From contig NC_043000.1 of NCBI RefSeq assembly GCF_006345805.1, positions 26,164,001-26,228,000 on the forward strand: a stretch of DNA of 64,000 nucleotides, given 5' to 3'. Below, in pieces: positions 1 through 12,539 of the stretch (the first letter of the stretch is position 1; each line of letters opens with the position of its first letter). The translations under genes and the position numbers were made by a program. The notes beneath the pieces were generated by a model. It worked only from the letters and a program-made list of their open reading frames with translations. It was not told the origin of the DNA and searched no databases. Source of the stretch: Octopus sinensis. Its lineage: Eukaryota.

Positions 1-1559
1 AGAATTTGATAGAATGGTTGTAATATAATTGAAGTTGCGTCATTAACAGGAGATTTACAGAGAAAATACAATAACGGCTCTAATAATACCCATTGCATGA
101 AGAATTAACGAGACTTTTAAAATAAATTCATGTTGGAAATTTAAAATAAACGGTGGATATTTACAGAAATACAAAGAATGAGTGGATAGCGATTGCTTCC
201 TTTCTATTTCCGAAATTTATCCTGTACATTATGAGTAATTTATAGAATATTCAAAGGCGAAGAATTATATTATAGCACGGCAGAGAGAGAATATTTCAAA
301 CCTGGATTGGGTGATTAAATTTATTATTTGCTTATGAATTTCATTCATGAAGTAAAATGCATCTAAAATTTATTTATTGAAACTGACGTTAAGATGAAGC
401 TAACAGATAATTCAGACAATATAATATCTCTCTGTAAGAGTGCACAGCATCGGAGATACTTAGTGGTTATATTAATATAATACTATTCAGATACAATAAT
501 ACACGTCCAAAGGAATTGTTCCTCTTGTAGTTACTTGGTCCAGACACCTATGAAAAGACAACCAAAGCGCTACTCCTTAGCAACAGATAATTCAGACAAC
601 AGGATATCTCATTGGAAGTACTCACTGTTACGATAATACAAATTGATAGTTCTTCTTCTCGCAAGAATTCTGAAGAAAGAAAACCAAAACGCCTCATAGT
701 AAATGCGTTGTATTGTTGTAGTTGTTCTCGTATGCCTTCACTTGTCCTTTGTAATCGGCGAGGTTGGTACCGTTATTGTTCTTCTTAAATAGTTGGATGT
801 ATACGATTGCAGGGAAAATATGTGTTGGGAGAGAACTCCCGGAGGATGATGTTCTGTAGAGAGAAGGACTGGGCATAATAGTTAAAAAGGGACCTGAGGA
901 TTGGAACTAGGTAAATGATGAGTTTTAACTTCTGTACCAGCTTGATATATTGGTATGGAATGAAACACACACAAATGCACGCACGCACACACACACACAC
1001 ACACACACACAAGCGAACACGCATGCACATGTACACAAAAACTCATTAGGAATGTGAACTTGGAAGAGAGATGGATTTAAGCATAAAAATCTTTGATTGT
1101 AAGATGAAAGGAGTAACAGGAAGGACTATATTATCTAATGTATCAACAGAGATTTGATTGCTATTTCTAAGATGTCAAGCAGCCCAAATATGTGAATAAA
1201 ACACTTCAAGAAATTACTTCATAAGTTGGACAGTTCCCACAATTCATGGTTAGTGTTGTTTCCATGCGAGCAAAAGACTACGAAAGGCTGTAACTTTTGG
1301 CTGATCACTTCTGCCAAAAATCAATCCGTTAGTCTTGGTTTCATCTATGATACGAAACTCACCAACGAAAGACGTAGAAAGAAAGAAGAAAAAAAACCTT
1401 AAATCAGTTGGAGATTATTTTATTCTCTATGATAATGAATGTGAAAATGGACTCATCGCTAACAAATTTTATTAATTTACAATGTTGCACCTCCTCAAGG
1501 TACCAATCTTTCATCTTCTCTGATCCTGGATACTTTGATATTCTACGTCTACCTTGTAT

Positions 1560-2060
1560 TTTAAAAGGCTGGTCTGTCATCAGCATATTAATGACAGTAT
1601 TCCAGAGACTGTTCCTCCTTTTCAAAGCCAGAAAATACTTTACCCTCCAGCAACAACTAACCCTCTACAAAGGTTTGGTGAGACCCACAATGGAACAGTG
1701 CTGCTGCTACACACAGACATCGAAAGAAAGGCAGCTGGTTGACTAGCATAAAGTCACTTACTTACCGACACGACACCACAGTCTCTGACCTTCAGACGTA
1801 TTGTTTCCTATCTCTACTCTTTCTACCGTGGTTTCTACTCCACGGATCCGGGTGGTCTCATACTCCCTACGCCTCAAATACATCCAACTAACTCATCTCA
1901 TCTTCACCACCCATATTATGACACGCCAAGTCCCGCACTTATTCCTATATCGACTATTCCCATACCGGAACGTTGTTTTTTTCGGAATTCTCTCCTCGAA
2001 CATGCAGCCTGCGATTTTCAATAGTTCAAGTGGAACGTTAACGGTATCAATCTCAACAAT
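1560..2060 (+). pseudogene. Decayed LINE (CR1/L2/Jockey-group) ORF2 C-terminal fragment
   Basis: ORF 1408-1746 ends LFLLFKARKYFTLQQQLTLYKGLVRPTMEQCC, matching the post-RT motif LxxLYKxxIRPxxEY. Downstream frameshifted sequence resembles the RRxVxxLxxFYR and RTxxxWNSLP motifs. Confidence 0.65.
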
Positions 2061-2935
2061 ATCGGAGGCTTGCGATGGACATGGGTACAATCTCAAGATA
2101 AACAAAACAAAAAACAGCTGATTTCCAGTGAACAAAGTATGAATCTACTTAGAATCTATTTTCCTTGCCGTTTATCTATCTTATTAGATATAAGAAATCT
2201 TTGTTTTCTAATTTCTTAAGGATCTCTTGAAAGCCATTTACAATTCCGAAACTCGCCCAATCATCAGTGGTTATTCTATTTTCTTTCATTTTGCATTAAA
2301 GTTTAACCCTTCAACGTTTTAAAATTATGAGTCTCACCAAAATCTTGCACATCTCTTGTTTTTCTTTCCATTTTATACCAATAGACCAAGGTGGTATAAA
2401 TAGTGAAGCTTTTTATAACTGGATCATCGTACATCAGCTGATATCTTCTCTTAATTTTGAATTACAAAATGATTATCTGACTTCACCACTTTCAAAGCTA
2501 GTACATACTCGAATATTAATACTACAATTTAATGTATATCAAGATATCGCACAACAACTGTAGTACTCTGTATTGCTTAAGCCAATTAATAGATCGGATT
2601 TTCGTTAATTCTATGTCAATTGTTCTGGAACTAACTATATGATATTAAAATGATATCGTAACTCTACCTAACTATATTCTCTACGGAAATTCCGGCAAAT
2701 CAATTACTCCAAATGGTTTTGAAGCGGCTGCGCTGCTTCTGTGTAGGCGACAGATAGCCTGCTGTGTCCAGAGAATAGAATCAGCATCAGATTATTGGTT
2801 TATTGAGCCTTACATTGAAAAGATATATTGGCAACAGAAACGATAGTAAACAATGGACGAGACCTGACAGGTTGCACGATTCACGAAGGCATCCATTGCT
2901 TTCCTGATTGGAACCTTGAAGGTATTTCAGTGATG

Positions 2936-3028
2936 TAAGGCGGCGAGCTGGCAGAAATGTTAGCACACCGGGCGAAATGCTTAGCGGTATTTCGTCTGCC
3001 GCTACGTTCTGAGTTCAAATTCCGCCGA
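2936..3028 (+). mobile_element. SINE family A, 5' head only
   Basis: GGCGGCGAGCTGGCAGAA...GAGTTCAAATTCC (A-box/B-box-like), matching the heads of the other family A copies; 3'-truncated. Confidence 0.85.
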
Positions 3029-3147
3029 ACAGTAGAAGCAGACAGGAAATTTAGAGAGGCTATGTAAGGTGCCTTGAACCGGAGAAGAACAGAATCATTG
3101 TTAGAGACGTGCAAGTGAAAACGATGATTTATGAGGAGAAAGACTCG

Positions 3148-3527
3148 TAGCACTCCGTCGGTTACGTCAACGAAGGTTCCAGTTGATCCGATCAAAGGAA
3201 CAGCTTGCTCGTCAAATTAACGTGCAAGTGGCTGAGCACTCCACAGACTCGTGTACCCTTAACGTAGTTCTCGGGGAGATTCAGCGTGACACAGAGTGTA
3301 ACAAGGCTGGCCCTTTGAAATACAGGTACAGCAGAAACAGGAAGAAAGAGTCGAGAAATTTGTGGTGAAAGAATACCGCAGGGTTCGCCACTACCCTCTG
3401 CCGGCGACTCGTGGAGATTTAGGCGTTTTCGCTCAATAAGCACTCACAACGCCCGGTCTGGGAATCGAAACCGCGATCCTATGACCGCGAGTCCGCTGCT
3501 CTAAGCACTGGGCCATTACGCTTCCAC
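3148..3527 (-). mobile_element. SINE family C (tRNA-derived), full length
   Basis: Minus strand begins with a tRNA-like head (TGGCCCAGTGCTTAGAGCAGCGGACTCGCGGTCATAGGATCGCGGTTTCGATTCCC). Highly similar copy at 26951-27331. Confidence 0.85.
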
Positions 3528-3668
3528 GTAATTGAAGTCACTATTTAAAAAGTAATTTCGAATATATAATATAACCATCATGGTATATTTTAGAGATAAA
3601 AGATGAGAGATTCGTGTCTTTGAGATCCTATCAAAGATGATTTTACATTTTATTCATCCTGATCAGTA

Positions 3669-3670
3669 CT

Positions 3671-3751
<81 letters not shown>

Positions 3752-3762
3752 GGTCTATCTAT
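3669..3762. repeat. (TATC)n microsatellite
   Basis: Direct observation. Confidence 0.95.
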
Positions 3763-3925
3763 GTCGTGGGTTTGACATTAAACTGCATCCGGTGGTAAGG
3801 CGCCAGTTCAAAGGTTCTGAAGTTGTGAGGAGCATGGAGTCATCCCTTAACATTACTTCCAGATCCGTTCTGAACTGGAATTGTACTAACAGTCAAGGTC
3901 CCATCTATGAGACAAATAGATTTTC
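3763..3925 (+). repeat. Diverged copy of a dispersed repeat (TGACAxTAAACTGCATC...GGTCCCATCTATG)
   Basis: Resembles a recalled abundant octopus interspersed repeat; only one copy in this window. Confidence 0.4.
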
Positions 3926-4268
3926 TAGGGCTAGAAAAAGCTCCTGTTATTTTTGACAAAGTCTTGGGGAAGGCAGCTCTCCTAGGAGAAAGATACGCTG
4001 ACATAAAACTTCCACTCAAAACATTATTCGCCATCTTGCAAAGCTTGCCACTGGAACCTACTGCAACAACTGAGAAAGGTGGAAAGAGTGTTGCACAAGC
4101 TTTTGTCACTTAAATTAAATGATGCCTCACTGATGCTTCGTCCATTTTGTATTATATAACGTGTCATGGCGATGGAAAGTCATATCCAACCATGTGCAAG
4201 GATGAAAGTAAATCAGAACAATCAGGCTGAATGTGTGGCAGCTATCACAAGGCAAGATGAGGCAGCCA

Positions 4269-4501
4269 AAGGCGGCGAGCTGGCAGAAACGTTAGCACGC
4301 CGGGCGAAATGCTTAGCGGTATTTCGTCTGTCGTTACGTTCTGAGTTCAAATTCCGCCGAGGTCGACTTTGCCTTTCATCCTTTCGGGGGTCGATTAAAT
4401 AAGTACCAGTTACGCACTGGGGTCGAGATAATCAACTTAATCTGTTTGTCTGTCCTTGTTTGTCTTCTCTGTGTGTAGCCCCTTGTGGGCAGTAAAGAAA
4501 T
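4269..4501 (+). mobile_element. SINE family A, full length with 15-bp TSD
   Basis: Complete head-body-AAAGAAAT tail, flanked by AAGATGAGGCAGCCA (4254-4268) and AAGATGAAGCAGCCA (4502-4516). Confidence 0.92.
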
Positions 4502-4597
4502 AAGATGAAGCAGCCATATTTTTTTAGCATGTAGCAACGCACGTACTTTTTCCACACTATCCTATTCCCCCTTTTCCTCTTCTTTGGACATTTTTAC

Positions 4598-4636
4598 ACT
4601 ATCCGACGAAGAGCCATGCTCGAAACGTTACGTTTT
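4598..4636 (+). ncRNA. Minimal hammerhead-ribozyme-like motif in a putative PLE terminus
   Basis: CCGACGA-A-GAGC-cat-GCTC-GAAA-CGTTA. Stem II is perfect, the core has U4->C and stem I is not evident. Related to 19068 and 56849. Confidence 0.5.
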
Positions 4637-4792
4637 TACTTTTAATTTTCCATTTGAACTTTCACGTATGTCCATTTGACTTTTTCTTAGTTCTTGACGC
4701 CGCCGTTCGTTACCGATTTGTACACATACACACACACACACAAACACACACACACGTACGTACGTACGTGTGTGTGTGTGCGTGTGTATGTA

Positions 4793-4827
<35 letters not shown>

Positions 4828-6317
4828 ACGTATGTGTATCAGTAAGATTTTAATGTATATTGAATCGAGTATATCTTCTATATTTACAAGACAAATACTT
4901 TATACGAAAAGAAATCGCATTATTTTATGGTTAGAACTGCTTCTGCTTCGCGCACGCGAGCGTGTGTGTGTGTGTGTGTACAGGCAAGCAGTTATGTGCT
5001 TTGGAATTTAACTATAGGGGGCATTCCGAACAAGTTTTTAAAATTTTCCTTTTTGCTTCGCATATTGTAATATTGAGGAGTTCTTGTAATGACAGACAGG
5101 TGGTTGTTTTGATAAGAGAAGTAGATTTCTTGGCACATTACAGACCGAGGCACATCACCTATCTACCTTTCGCAAAAAGAACAAATAACAACAACAACAA
5201 CAACAACAAAAGAGTACAAAACAAAAAGCAATTAAAGTACATCGCCAACAGAAGATTGTGACTGAGAAATAACCATCGCTGCAATGTGAACTAAAGTACA
5301 TTGTCAATACTTTTAAATTAATCCCAAAAAGTGAAAAGAAGGAAACGAAAGAATTACAAAAAAAAAAGCAAAACAATTAGAGCATTAACGCCACCACCAC
5401 CACCACCACCGGCATCACCATCACCACCAGCATCACCATCACCACCATCATCATCACCACCATCAAGAACAACAACAGTTCTAGCTATATAGCAACTCTT
5501 GCAACAGCAGTGATAGCTAATCCTTCACTGACGAGTTACTTACATTTGAACGTTTAATATATGAAAGCTGGTTTTAGCTTCAAGTAAAAGATTTTCAGAC
5601 ACATCTAAACATAACCTCACCCCGCTTAATCTGACATGACTTTCACCGAGAAGAAAATACTAGAAACTTTCGTTGTTTCGTTTTCTGTTTTCTGTTTTCT
5701 ATTTTCTACAAACATTTTGCCGTCTTTTTATTTGTGTTTCTTATTAATCCAAACGACCTTATCTCGTTTCGTGTGACACAATTTGTTCTTACCTTTTTTT
5801 GTTTCCCCCCTCTCTCTCTCTCTTCATCTCTCTCTCTCTTTCTCTACTTACAAACAATTTACTTAAGCTTCTCTTTTTCTGTTTTTTTCTTTTCTCTCAA
5901 CATCTTGTTTCGTATTCGCCTCGTTTGTTTCATGTTCGTATTTTTGTGTAGACGCCAATTTGAATAGAATTGCATTGTGCATTTAACATGGTGCTGAGTA
6001 GCAATAAACAAGATCAAGGTATACAGCAGAATGTTTCTCTCCTTCTGTGGCTCTTCCTTTCTTCTTTCTCTTTCCTTTTTTTTTTGTTTTTTCTTGATTT
6101 GCTTTAGTTCTTTTTTTTTTTCGTTTTCTTTTTTTTTTTTTTGGTTTTTCTCTCTCTGAAAATAACCAGAAAAACAAAATTGTTAACAGCAATATCACAT
6201 AAGAGCAATAAGAAGGAAAAAAAAGAAAAGAGCGGACAAGAACAAAAAAAAAATAATTCGAAAAGAGCAAAAATGAAAAAAAAAGTGAACTTCTGAGTAA
6301 AGGAACAGAAAGAGAGA

Positions 6318-6334
6318 AAGAGAGCGAGCGTGCG

Positions 6335-6402
<68 letters not shown>

Positions 6403-6491
6403 GACTGAATGGAATGCGGTGGGGCGGGAAAGAGTTATAGGGAGAGAGACAGATACTTAGAAAGTGTGTGAGAGAAAGAGGAACAGTAGGT

Positions 6492-6533
<42 letters not shown>

Positions 6534-6802
6534 GGAGGAAAGATAGAAAGTGAGCGATAAGCTTGAGAGAGAGAAAAAGTGAGAGAAAGAGCGGACAGTT
6601 GTGATTTCAACACACACACACACATACACACACACACGTGAACACTTACACACACACACACACGTGGACACTTACACACACACACACACACATTTACACA
6701 TACACACAATTACACACACATACGTGCACACACACTCACTCACTCACACACACACACACGCACACTCACACACACTTACACAACACTTACACACACACAC
6801 AC
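6318..6802. repeat. Compound (GA)n and (CA)n microsatellite block
   Basis: Direct observation. Confidence 0.9.
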
Positions 6803-7254
6803 AAAGATTTATTTTCCTTCTGAACCGAAGGCCGCTTGCGGTAGACAAGTAAAATATTTTTTAATGAGCAAACTAATAACGATTTTATTTTTTTCGATGT
6901 TATAAGCGATAAAATGTTATTATTTCTATTTAACTCTCTTTATTTCTTTTCCCATTCTTATTTTTTTTCTCTCCCCCGGATCATACTGTTTTATCGCTCT
7001 CAATTATTTTGCACCCATTAGTTGTTTCTTCTTCTTCTTCTTCTTCTTCTTGTATTCGTGGTTTAACGTTCTTTGCCTGCCCCACAACTATTTGTTTGTT
7101 TTTCCTCTTTCTTTTCTTTCTTTTCTTTCTTTTTTGTTACTGTCCCAACTATAATTTTTTATGCATTTTGTCTCCTTCCTCTTCTTTCGATCAATCTTTT
7201 TATGCTTATTTTTTATTAATTTATTATTTTATCTTCAATCTTTCTTCCTCCCAA

Positions 7255-7565
7255 AATTCACATCCTCCCGCTCCTCCTCATCCATCCCCTTTTCCCTCCC
7301 CTTCACCCCATCTTCCTACTCCTCCTCCTCCCCTCTTAAACCCCACACTCCCCACCTTCCCCCTCTTCCCTCCATTTCTCCTCACCCTTCTCCTCCCCTT
7401 TCCCTTCATCCATCCCCTCTTCCCCTCCTCCTCTCCGTCTCTCCTCCTCCCGTCCTCTCCCCCTCTCCCCCTCGCCTCCTCGCCTCCTCGCCCCCCCGTA
7501 ATCCCCTCCCACCCCTCCTCCCACCCCTCCTCCCACCCCTCCTCCCACCCCTCCGCCTCCTCCAG
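7255..7565. repeat. C-rich polypyrimidine tract including about 4x CCCACCCCTCCT
   Basis: About 300 bp strongly C/T-biased on the + strand. Confidence 0.85.
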
Positions 7566-7751
7566 TTTCTTTTATGTATTTATATTTGCTGATATTTTTT
7601 CCGTTTCCCTTCCATAATATTTCTTCCTATGTATTTCTTTCTCCGACACAACCAAATATATTTCTTTTATTGCCCACCTCAGAACCGTTTCTTCTTTTGC
7701 TCTTTTTCCCCCTTTTAAGCACATACGTCAGTTTATTTTTGACCACAGTCG

Positions 7752-7808
<57 letters not shown>

Positions 7809-8315
7809 TACACACGTACACCCCCCAACACACACGCCCGCCTCCCACTCGCTCGCACATACGCAGCAAAGCCCAAACAAACATGCACAAACATAAAGAA
7901 ATGTAAATTGGCCATTTTTATCATTATCCTAAAGCGGATTATAAAAGAAAGCTTCGAATCTGGCAATTAAGAGAGGACGGTTCAAAGAAGCCCAATCAGT
8001 GAACACGTTATCTGACTGTCCGCTAAACCAACAGTTACAATCTGTTTTGGTAGCGTAAATTCAGCTACAATGTAAACATTTAATTTAGCCTACTCAGTGT
8101 ATACAATTTTCATTAAGGCAGCAGGCAAAAAGGGTCTTGTTCAAATTTAAGGCTACTTATTTACTTGCTTGCATTTTTGCAATGTTTATAAGTAGGAGAA
8201 TTCCCTGGAATGGTAAAATGAAAGATACTTAGGCTGAGGAGAAAATGAATTTGCAGTGTTTAAACGTGAGAGAGGAGGTAGATAGAGTGAAAGATAGACA
8301 GATAGACAGACAGAT

Positions 8316-8712
8316 AGATAGAGAGAAAGATAGATAAGAGAGAAGGATAGAGAGATAGGTAGGTAGATAGAGAGATAGAGAGAAAGATAGATAAGAGAGA
8401 AGGCTAGAGAGATAGGTAGGTAGATAAAGAGATAGAAAGAAAGATAGATAAGAGAGAAGGATAGAGAGATAGGTAGGTAGATAGAGAGATAGAGAGAAAG
8501 ATAGATAAGAGAGAAGGCTAGAGAGATAGGTAGGTAGATAGAGAGATAGAAAGAAAGATAGATAAGAGAGAAGGATAGAGAGATAGGTAGGTAGATAGAG
8601 AGATAGAGAGAAAGATAGATAAGAGAGAAGGATAGAGAGATAGGTAGGTATATAGAGAGACAGAGAGAAAGATAGATAAGAGAGGATAGAGAGATAAGTA
8701 GATAGAGAGATA
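8316..8712. repeat. 57-bp GATA/GA-derived minisatellite, about 6-7 copies
   Basis: Unit GATAGAGAGAAAGATAGATAAGAGAGAAGGATAGAGAGATAGGTAGGTAGATAGAGA; appears as a 19-aa period in the ORF track. Confidence 0.9.
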
Positions 8713-9762
8713 GACAGATAGATAGAGAGGGACAGAGAGAGAGAGAGAGAAGTGGTGGAGAAAGAGAGAGAGAGAAAGAGAGGGAGAGAGAGAGAAGTGG
8801 TGGAGAAAGAAAAGGAGAAAGTGAGAAGGGGATAAATACACTGGAGGTTTAATAGGCAGAAAAACAAAGTGAGAAGGAATCGAAAGAAAATCCGAAACCT
8901 AAGAGAACTGTACAGAAAAGAACTTGTGATTGTTCGATAGGAAAGGAAAAGATTAAGAGAATATCACATGTGTGTCATGAAAGAAGCTGGAGCATTTTCA
9001 ATGACCGAGTAAAACAAAAACCAAAAGACACTTCGAATGTCATGAGCTTTGGAGAAGTCTGGTTGGCACATAGCACTTAAAAATATCTTCTGCATCAGGC
9101 AATAGTGAATGATCATTATGAACGTGACTGAAACAAAGCAGGTTAAACACCAATCCGCACTGACGTCTAGAAACATCACTCAAACAAACAAAAAAAACTA
9201 AACAAAAAAAAAACAAAACAAAAAACAAAAACAAAAGAACGAAATGATGACGTGAAGCTTCACGAAAACAAAAGAGGTTAAACAATATAACTGAAGAGTT
9301 ACAACTAAAAATAAATAATTATAATGACACAGAACTAATTATCTGAAGAACACTGAAGCAGGTTTAATTTGAATCATAGCAAATTAATTTAGGCATTATT
9401 TTCTGTCCTAATTTCCCTTCCTTGTATCATCAAATTGACGAACGACCTCTGATGACGTCCTTGACCGGAGCTATGTTTTACTCGTAGAAAATCTTCGTGA
9501 GACAATATAAAAATGGTTTCCAGTTGTCTTCCGTTATTTTTTTCAAGACACCGTGTTATCGGTTAGTTGGAGGTAAACCCACCAGACATACTTTAGCATT
9601 CAGAAAGTAAAGAATATCCTTCCTTACGCCATCAAGTTGACGAACAATCCCAGATGACGTCTTTAACAAGCGCTGTTTACTTCTTATAGAACTTTCATGG
9701 TTTTCGATTTGACTTCTGTTGCATATTTTTTATTTTTACAAGAGACCAAATTGTTAGTTAGT

Positions 9763-10229
9763 TACTCTTTTACTTGTTTCAGTCATTTGACTGTGGCCAT
9801 GCTGGAGCACCACCTTTAGTCGAACAAATCGACCCCAGGACTTATTCTTTGTAAGCCTAGTACTTATTCTATCGGTCTCTTTTGTCGAACTGCTAAGTTA
9901 CGGGGACGTAAATACACCAGCATCGGTTGTCAAGCGATGTTGGGGGACAAACACAGACACACAAACACACACACACACGCACACACACACACACACGCAC
10001 ACACACACACACACTCACACGCACGCACACACACACAAATATATATATATATATATACATATATACGACGGGCTTCTTTCAGTTTCCGTGTACCAAATCC
10101 ACTCATAAGGCTTTGGTCGGCCCGAGGCTATAGTAGAAGATACTTGCCCAAGTTGCCACGCAGTGGGACTGAACCCGGAACCATGTTGTTGGTAAACAAG
10201 CTACTTACCACACAGCCACTCCTACGCCT
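9763..10229 (-). mobile_element. SINE family B (tRNA head, CORE-like, internal TA/TG microsatellite), full length
   Basis: Minus strand runs GGCGTAGGAGTGGCTGTGTGGTAAG...GGTTCAGTCCC...TTGGGCAAGT, then a central microsatellite and an (AAAAGAGT)-type tail. Matches 21059-21527. Confidence 0.9.
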
Positions 10230-10321
10230 ATAAATCTAACACATGTAGCTCAGTAGTAAGTCAGAAAAATATTGCCTAAAGAGTCAGAACAGCTATTTCA
10301 AAATATTTTGTCCAACATTCT

Positions 10322-10855
10322 AAATATATATACCTAGGCCTATTCCCCATATTTTTAGGAGAGGGTAGCCACAACAAGACACACACCAGCCATTCCATTC
10401 ATTTCCCAGCTCAAAGAGGCGAGCCCGTCCTATGTTCGGATCAAGGTATAGAACGCAACCCCCAATATCAGCAGCGGGGCTCGACAGCATATACTGGTTT
10501 ACCCCCATCGTATCATGCTGGTTCCGTACCCCTTTGAGCAACATCAATTCACTCATCTATCCACAAACACTCTCCAAGATTTCCTATCCTTTATAAACTC
10601 TCTTGCCTCTCTCACACCAACACCTCTAAACACCAAAGCTTTCCTCACTCCATCCATCCACTCAAACCGAGGTCTGCCTCTGATTCTGCTGCCTACCACT
10701 TCTACCTTTATCACCCTCTTTACCATCTGCTCCTCATCCATTCTCTCCATGTGGCCAAACCACCTCAACATTCATCAATCCATTCTGGTTGTTAGATTTT
10801 CATTCATTCCTGCTCGTCTTCGCATCTCCTCATTCCTCATCCTGTCCATCCGTGT
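10322..10855 (-). pseudogene. RTE-clade LINE 3' end (ORF C-terminus plus 3' UTR)
   Basis: ORF 10553-10771 LRWFGHMERMDEEQMVKRV...RGRPRFEWMDGV...DRKSWR is the canonical RTE C-terminal signature. Confidence 0.88.
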
Positions 10856-11044
10856 GGAGGAGTGTCAGATCACTTCTTAGTATCACTCCCTGAAACATAT
10901 GCACTAAAAACACCCACATGTTTCTCGACCCTAGAAGAACGAAAGGTAAAAACTGACTTTGGCAAGATTTGAACTCAAAACGTAAAACTACCACAAGGCA
11001 TTTTGTCCAATACTCTCTCTCAAATAGCAATTACCTGGGTTCTC

Positions 11045-11210
11045 TCCTTGGTCGACCGGCTAAAAATAGTAGTTAGGGTTTCGTTTCAAAACCCATTCTA
11101 ATGACTTAAAAATATTGCTAGATATGAAATATGGGATGGCTATTACTGGACCGCTTTTGATCAAATGTATTTTCGATTAAGGTTAGACGTAGAGTCAAAA
11201 TATCAAAATG
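11045..11210 (+). repeat. Old dispersed repeat family D (CTAGAAATAGCAGCCAAA-like motif)
   Basis: Degenerate copies of the same motif occur near 1150, 16690-17000, 19580, 34590-35050 and 40900-41080. Confidence 0.45.
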
Positions 11211-12174
11211 AGAGTAGCGATAACATCAATGTACATCAAGTTATGTTTGATGATGTCCTTCAGTTTTAATGTAAGCGATTGGGAATCATAAGAATTGCGA
11301 CTAGATTTAAGAAAAAAAAGATACGGTCAGTATTTTGTCAATATTTCTAATTTACCCCTGATAGACTGTATCGATCTCACACAAAAGAGAGCAGTCCTTG
11401 TCTGTGGTATAAATCACGTTGTAAGTAGAATGAAGTTATTGAAATACACAAAAGAACATATCTTTATGTAGGTTTTCTAAAGTAATGTCACATAGAAAAC
11501 ATAATCAATAAACACGTACGTATATAAAAACAATTCTTTGAATTCATTCTGTAAAGAAGGTGTTTTCTAACAAAGAAACAAAGCGATTTCATTGAAATTT
11601 TAGACACCATCAGCTGCACAAAGTCCGACGCTGACCTTTAGACAAGTTGCACATCTTTTGACTGGGACACTTATAGATTACAATTCCTGACTTCACGTTT
11701 AAATGGTCTTTTCTTTTGCTTAAATATTGAGCAAAAGATTTTTTATATTTATCCCAAGACATTCTTCCCTATGGATGGCATCGTATATTGATTTTCTTTA
11801 CAAAAATATCACGACACGAGAAGGGTAATTTCTTTGATAGCATTCTGAGGTCTAAGTGTTTTGGCCATGGCAGTTCCTCTCACAAGAAGACATAAACTTG
11901 TCGAAACCATATCTGTTTAGCGACCTACTAACCTAAGTACACTAATGGCTATAATTTGTAGGACAATCAACATCAATGACCTCGGTCAGACAGACAATTT
12001 AAAATCATGGTAAAGAAGTTAGAGGTTTCAAAGTAGCGGTAAATTTTGAAAAAGTCGTCCATAAATGTTGATCACCAGCCATCAGCCCTGTGTTCAGGGC
12101 TTCGCTTGCCAAGACTCTCCACTTCTCTCTGTGTTGAGAGGCTTTTGTTTCGTGTCCATTTTTTGATCTTTTTC

Positions 12175-12395
12175 TACTCTTTTGTTTTTACTTGTTTCAG
12201 GTCATTTGACTGTGGTCATGCCTTTAGTCGAAAAAATCGACACCAGGACTTATTCTTTGTAAGTCTAATACTTATTCTCTCGGTCTCTTTTGCTGAACCG
12301 CTAAGTTACGGGGATATAAACACACCAGCATCGGTTGTCAAACGATGTTGGGTGGGGTGGGGGCAAACACAGACACACAAACACACACATACATA
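12175..12395 (-). mobile_element. SINE family B, 3' half
   Basis: Matches 9763-9960 and ends in the central microsatellite. Confidence 0.85.
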
Positions 12396-12419
12396 TATTA
12401 TATATATATATACATACAT

Positions 12420-12518
<99 letters not shown>

Positions 12519-12539
12519 ACATATATATGTAATTATGTA

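Noticed and set aside
3440-3527. tRNA gene
   Set aside because: The tRNA-like sequence is the head of a dispersed SINE (also at about 27250-27331), with no complete cloverleaf or terminator.
7009-7617. 202-aa proline-rich ORF
   Set aside because: Translation of a polypyrimidine low-complexity tract with a non-ATG start and no domain signal.
8229-8867. 212-aa repetitive hydrophobic ORF
   Set aside because: Translation of the 57-bp GATA minisatellite.
11590-11900. piggyBac-like cysteine-rich C-terminus on the minus strand (KRCATCLKVSVGLC)
   Set aside because: Only one short motif with no supporting upstream transposase motifs or TTAA/TIR; too weak to call.
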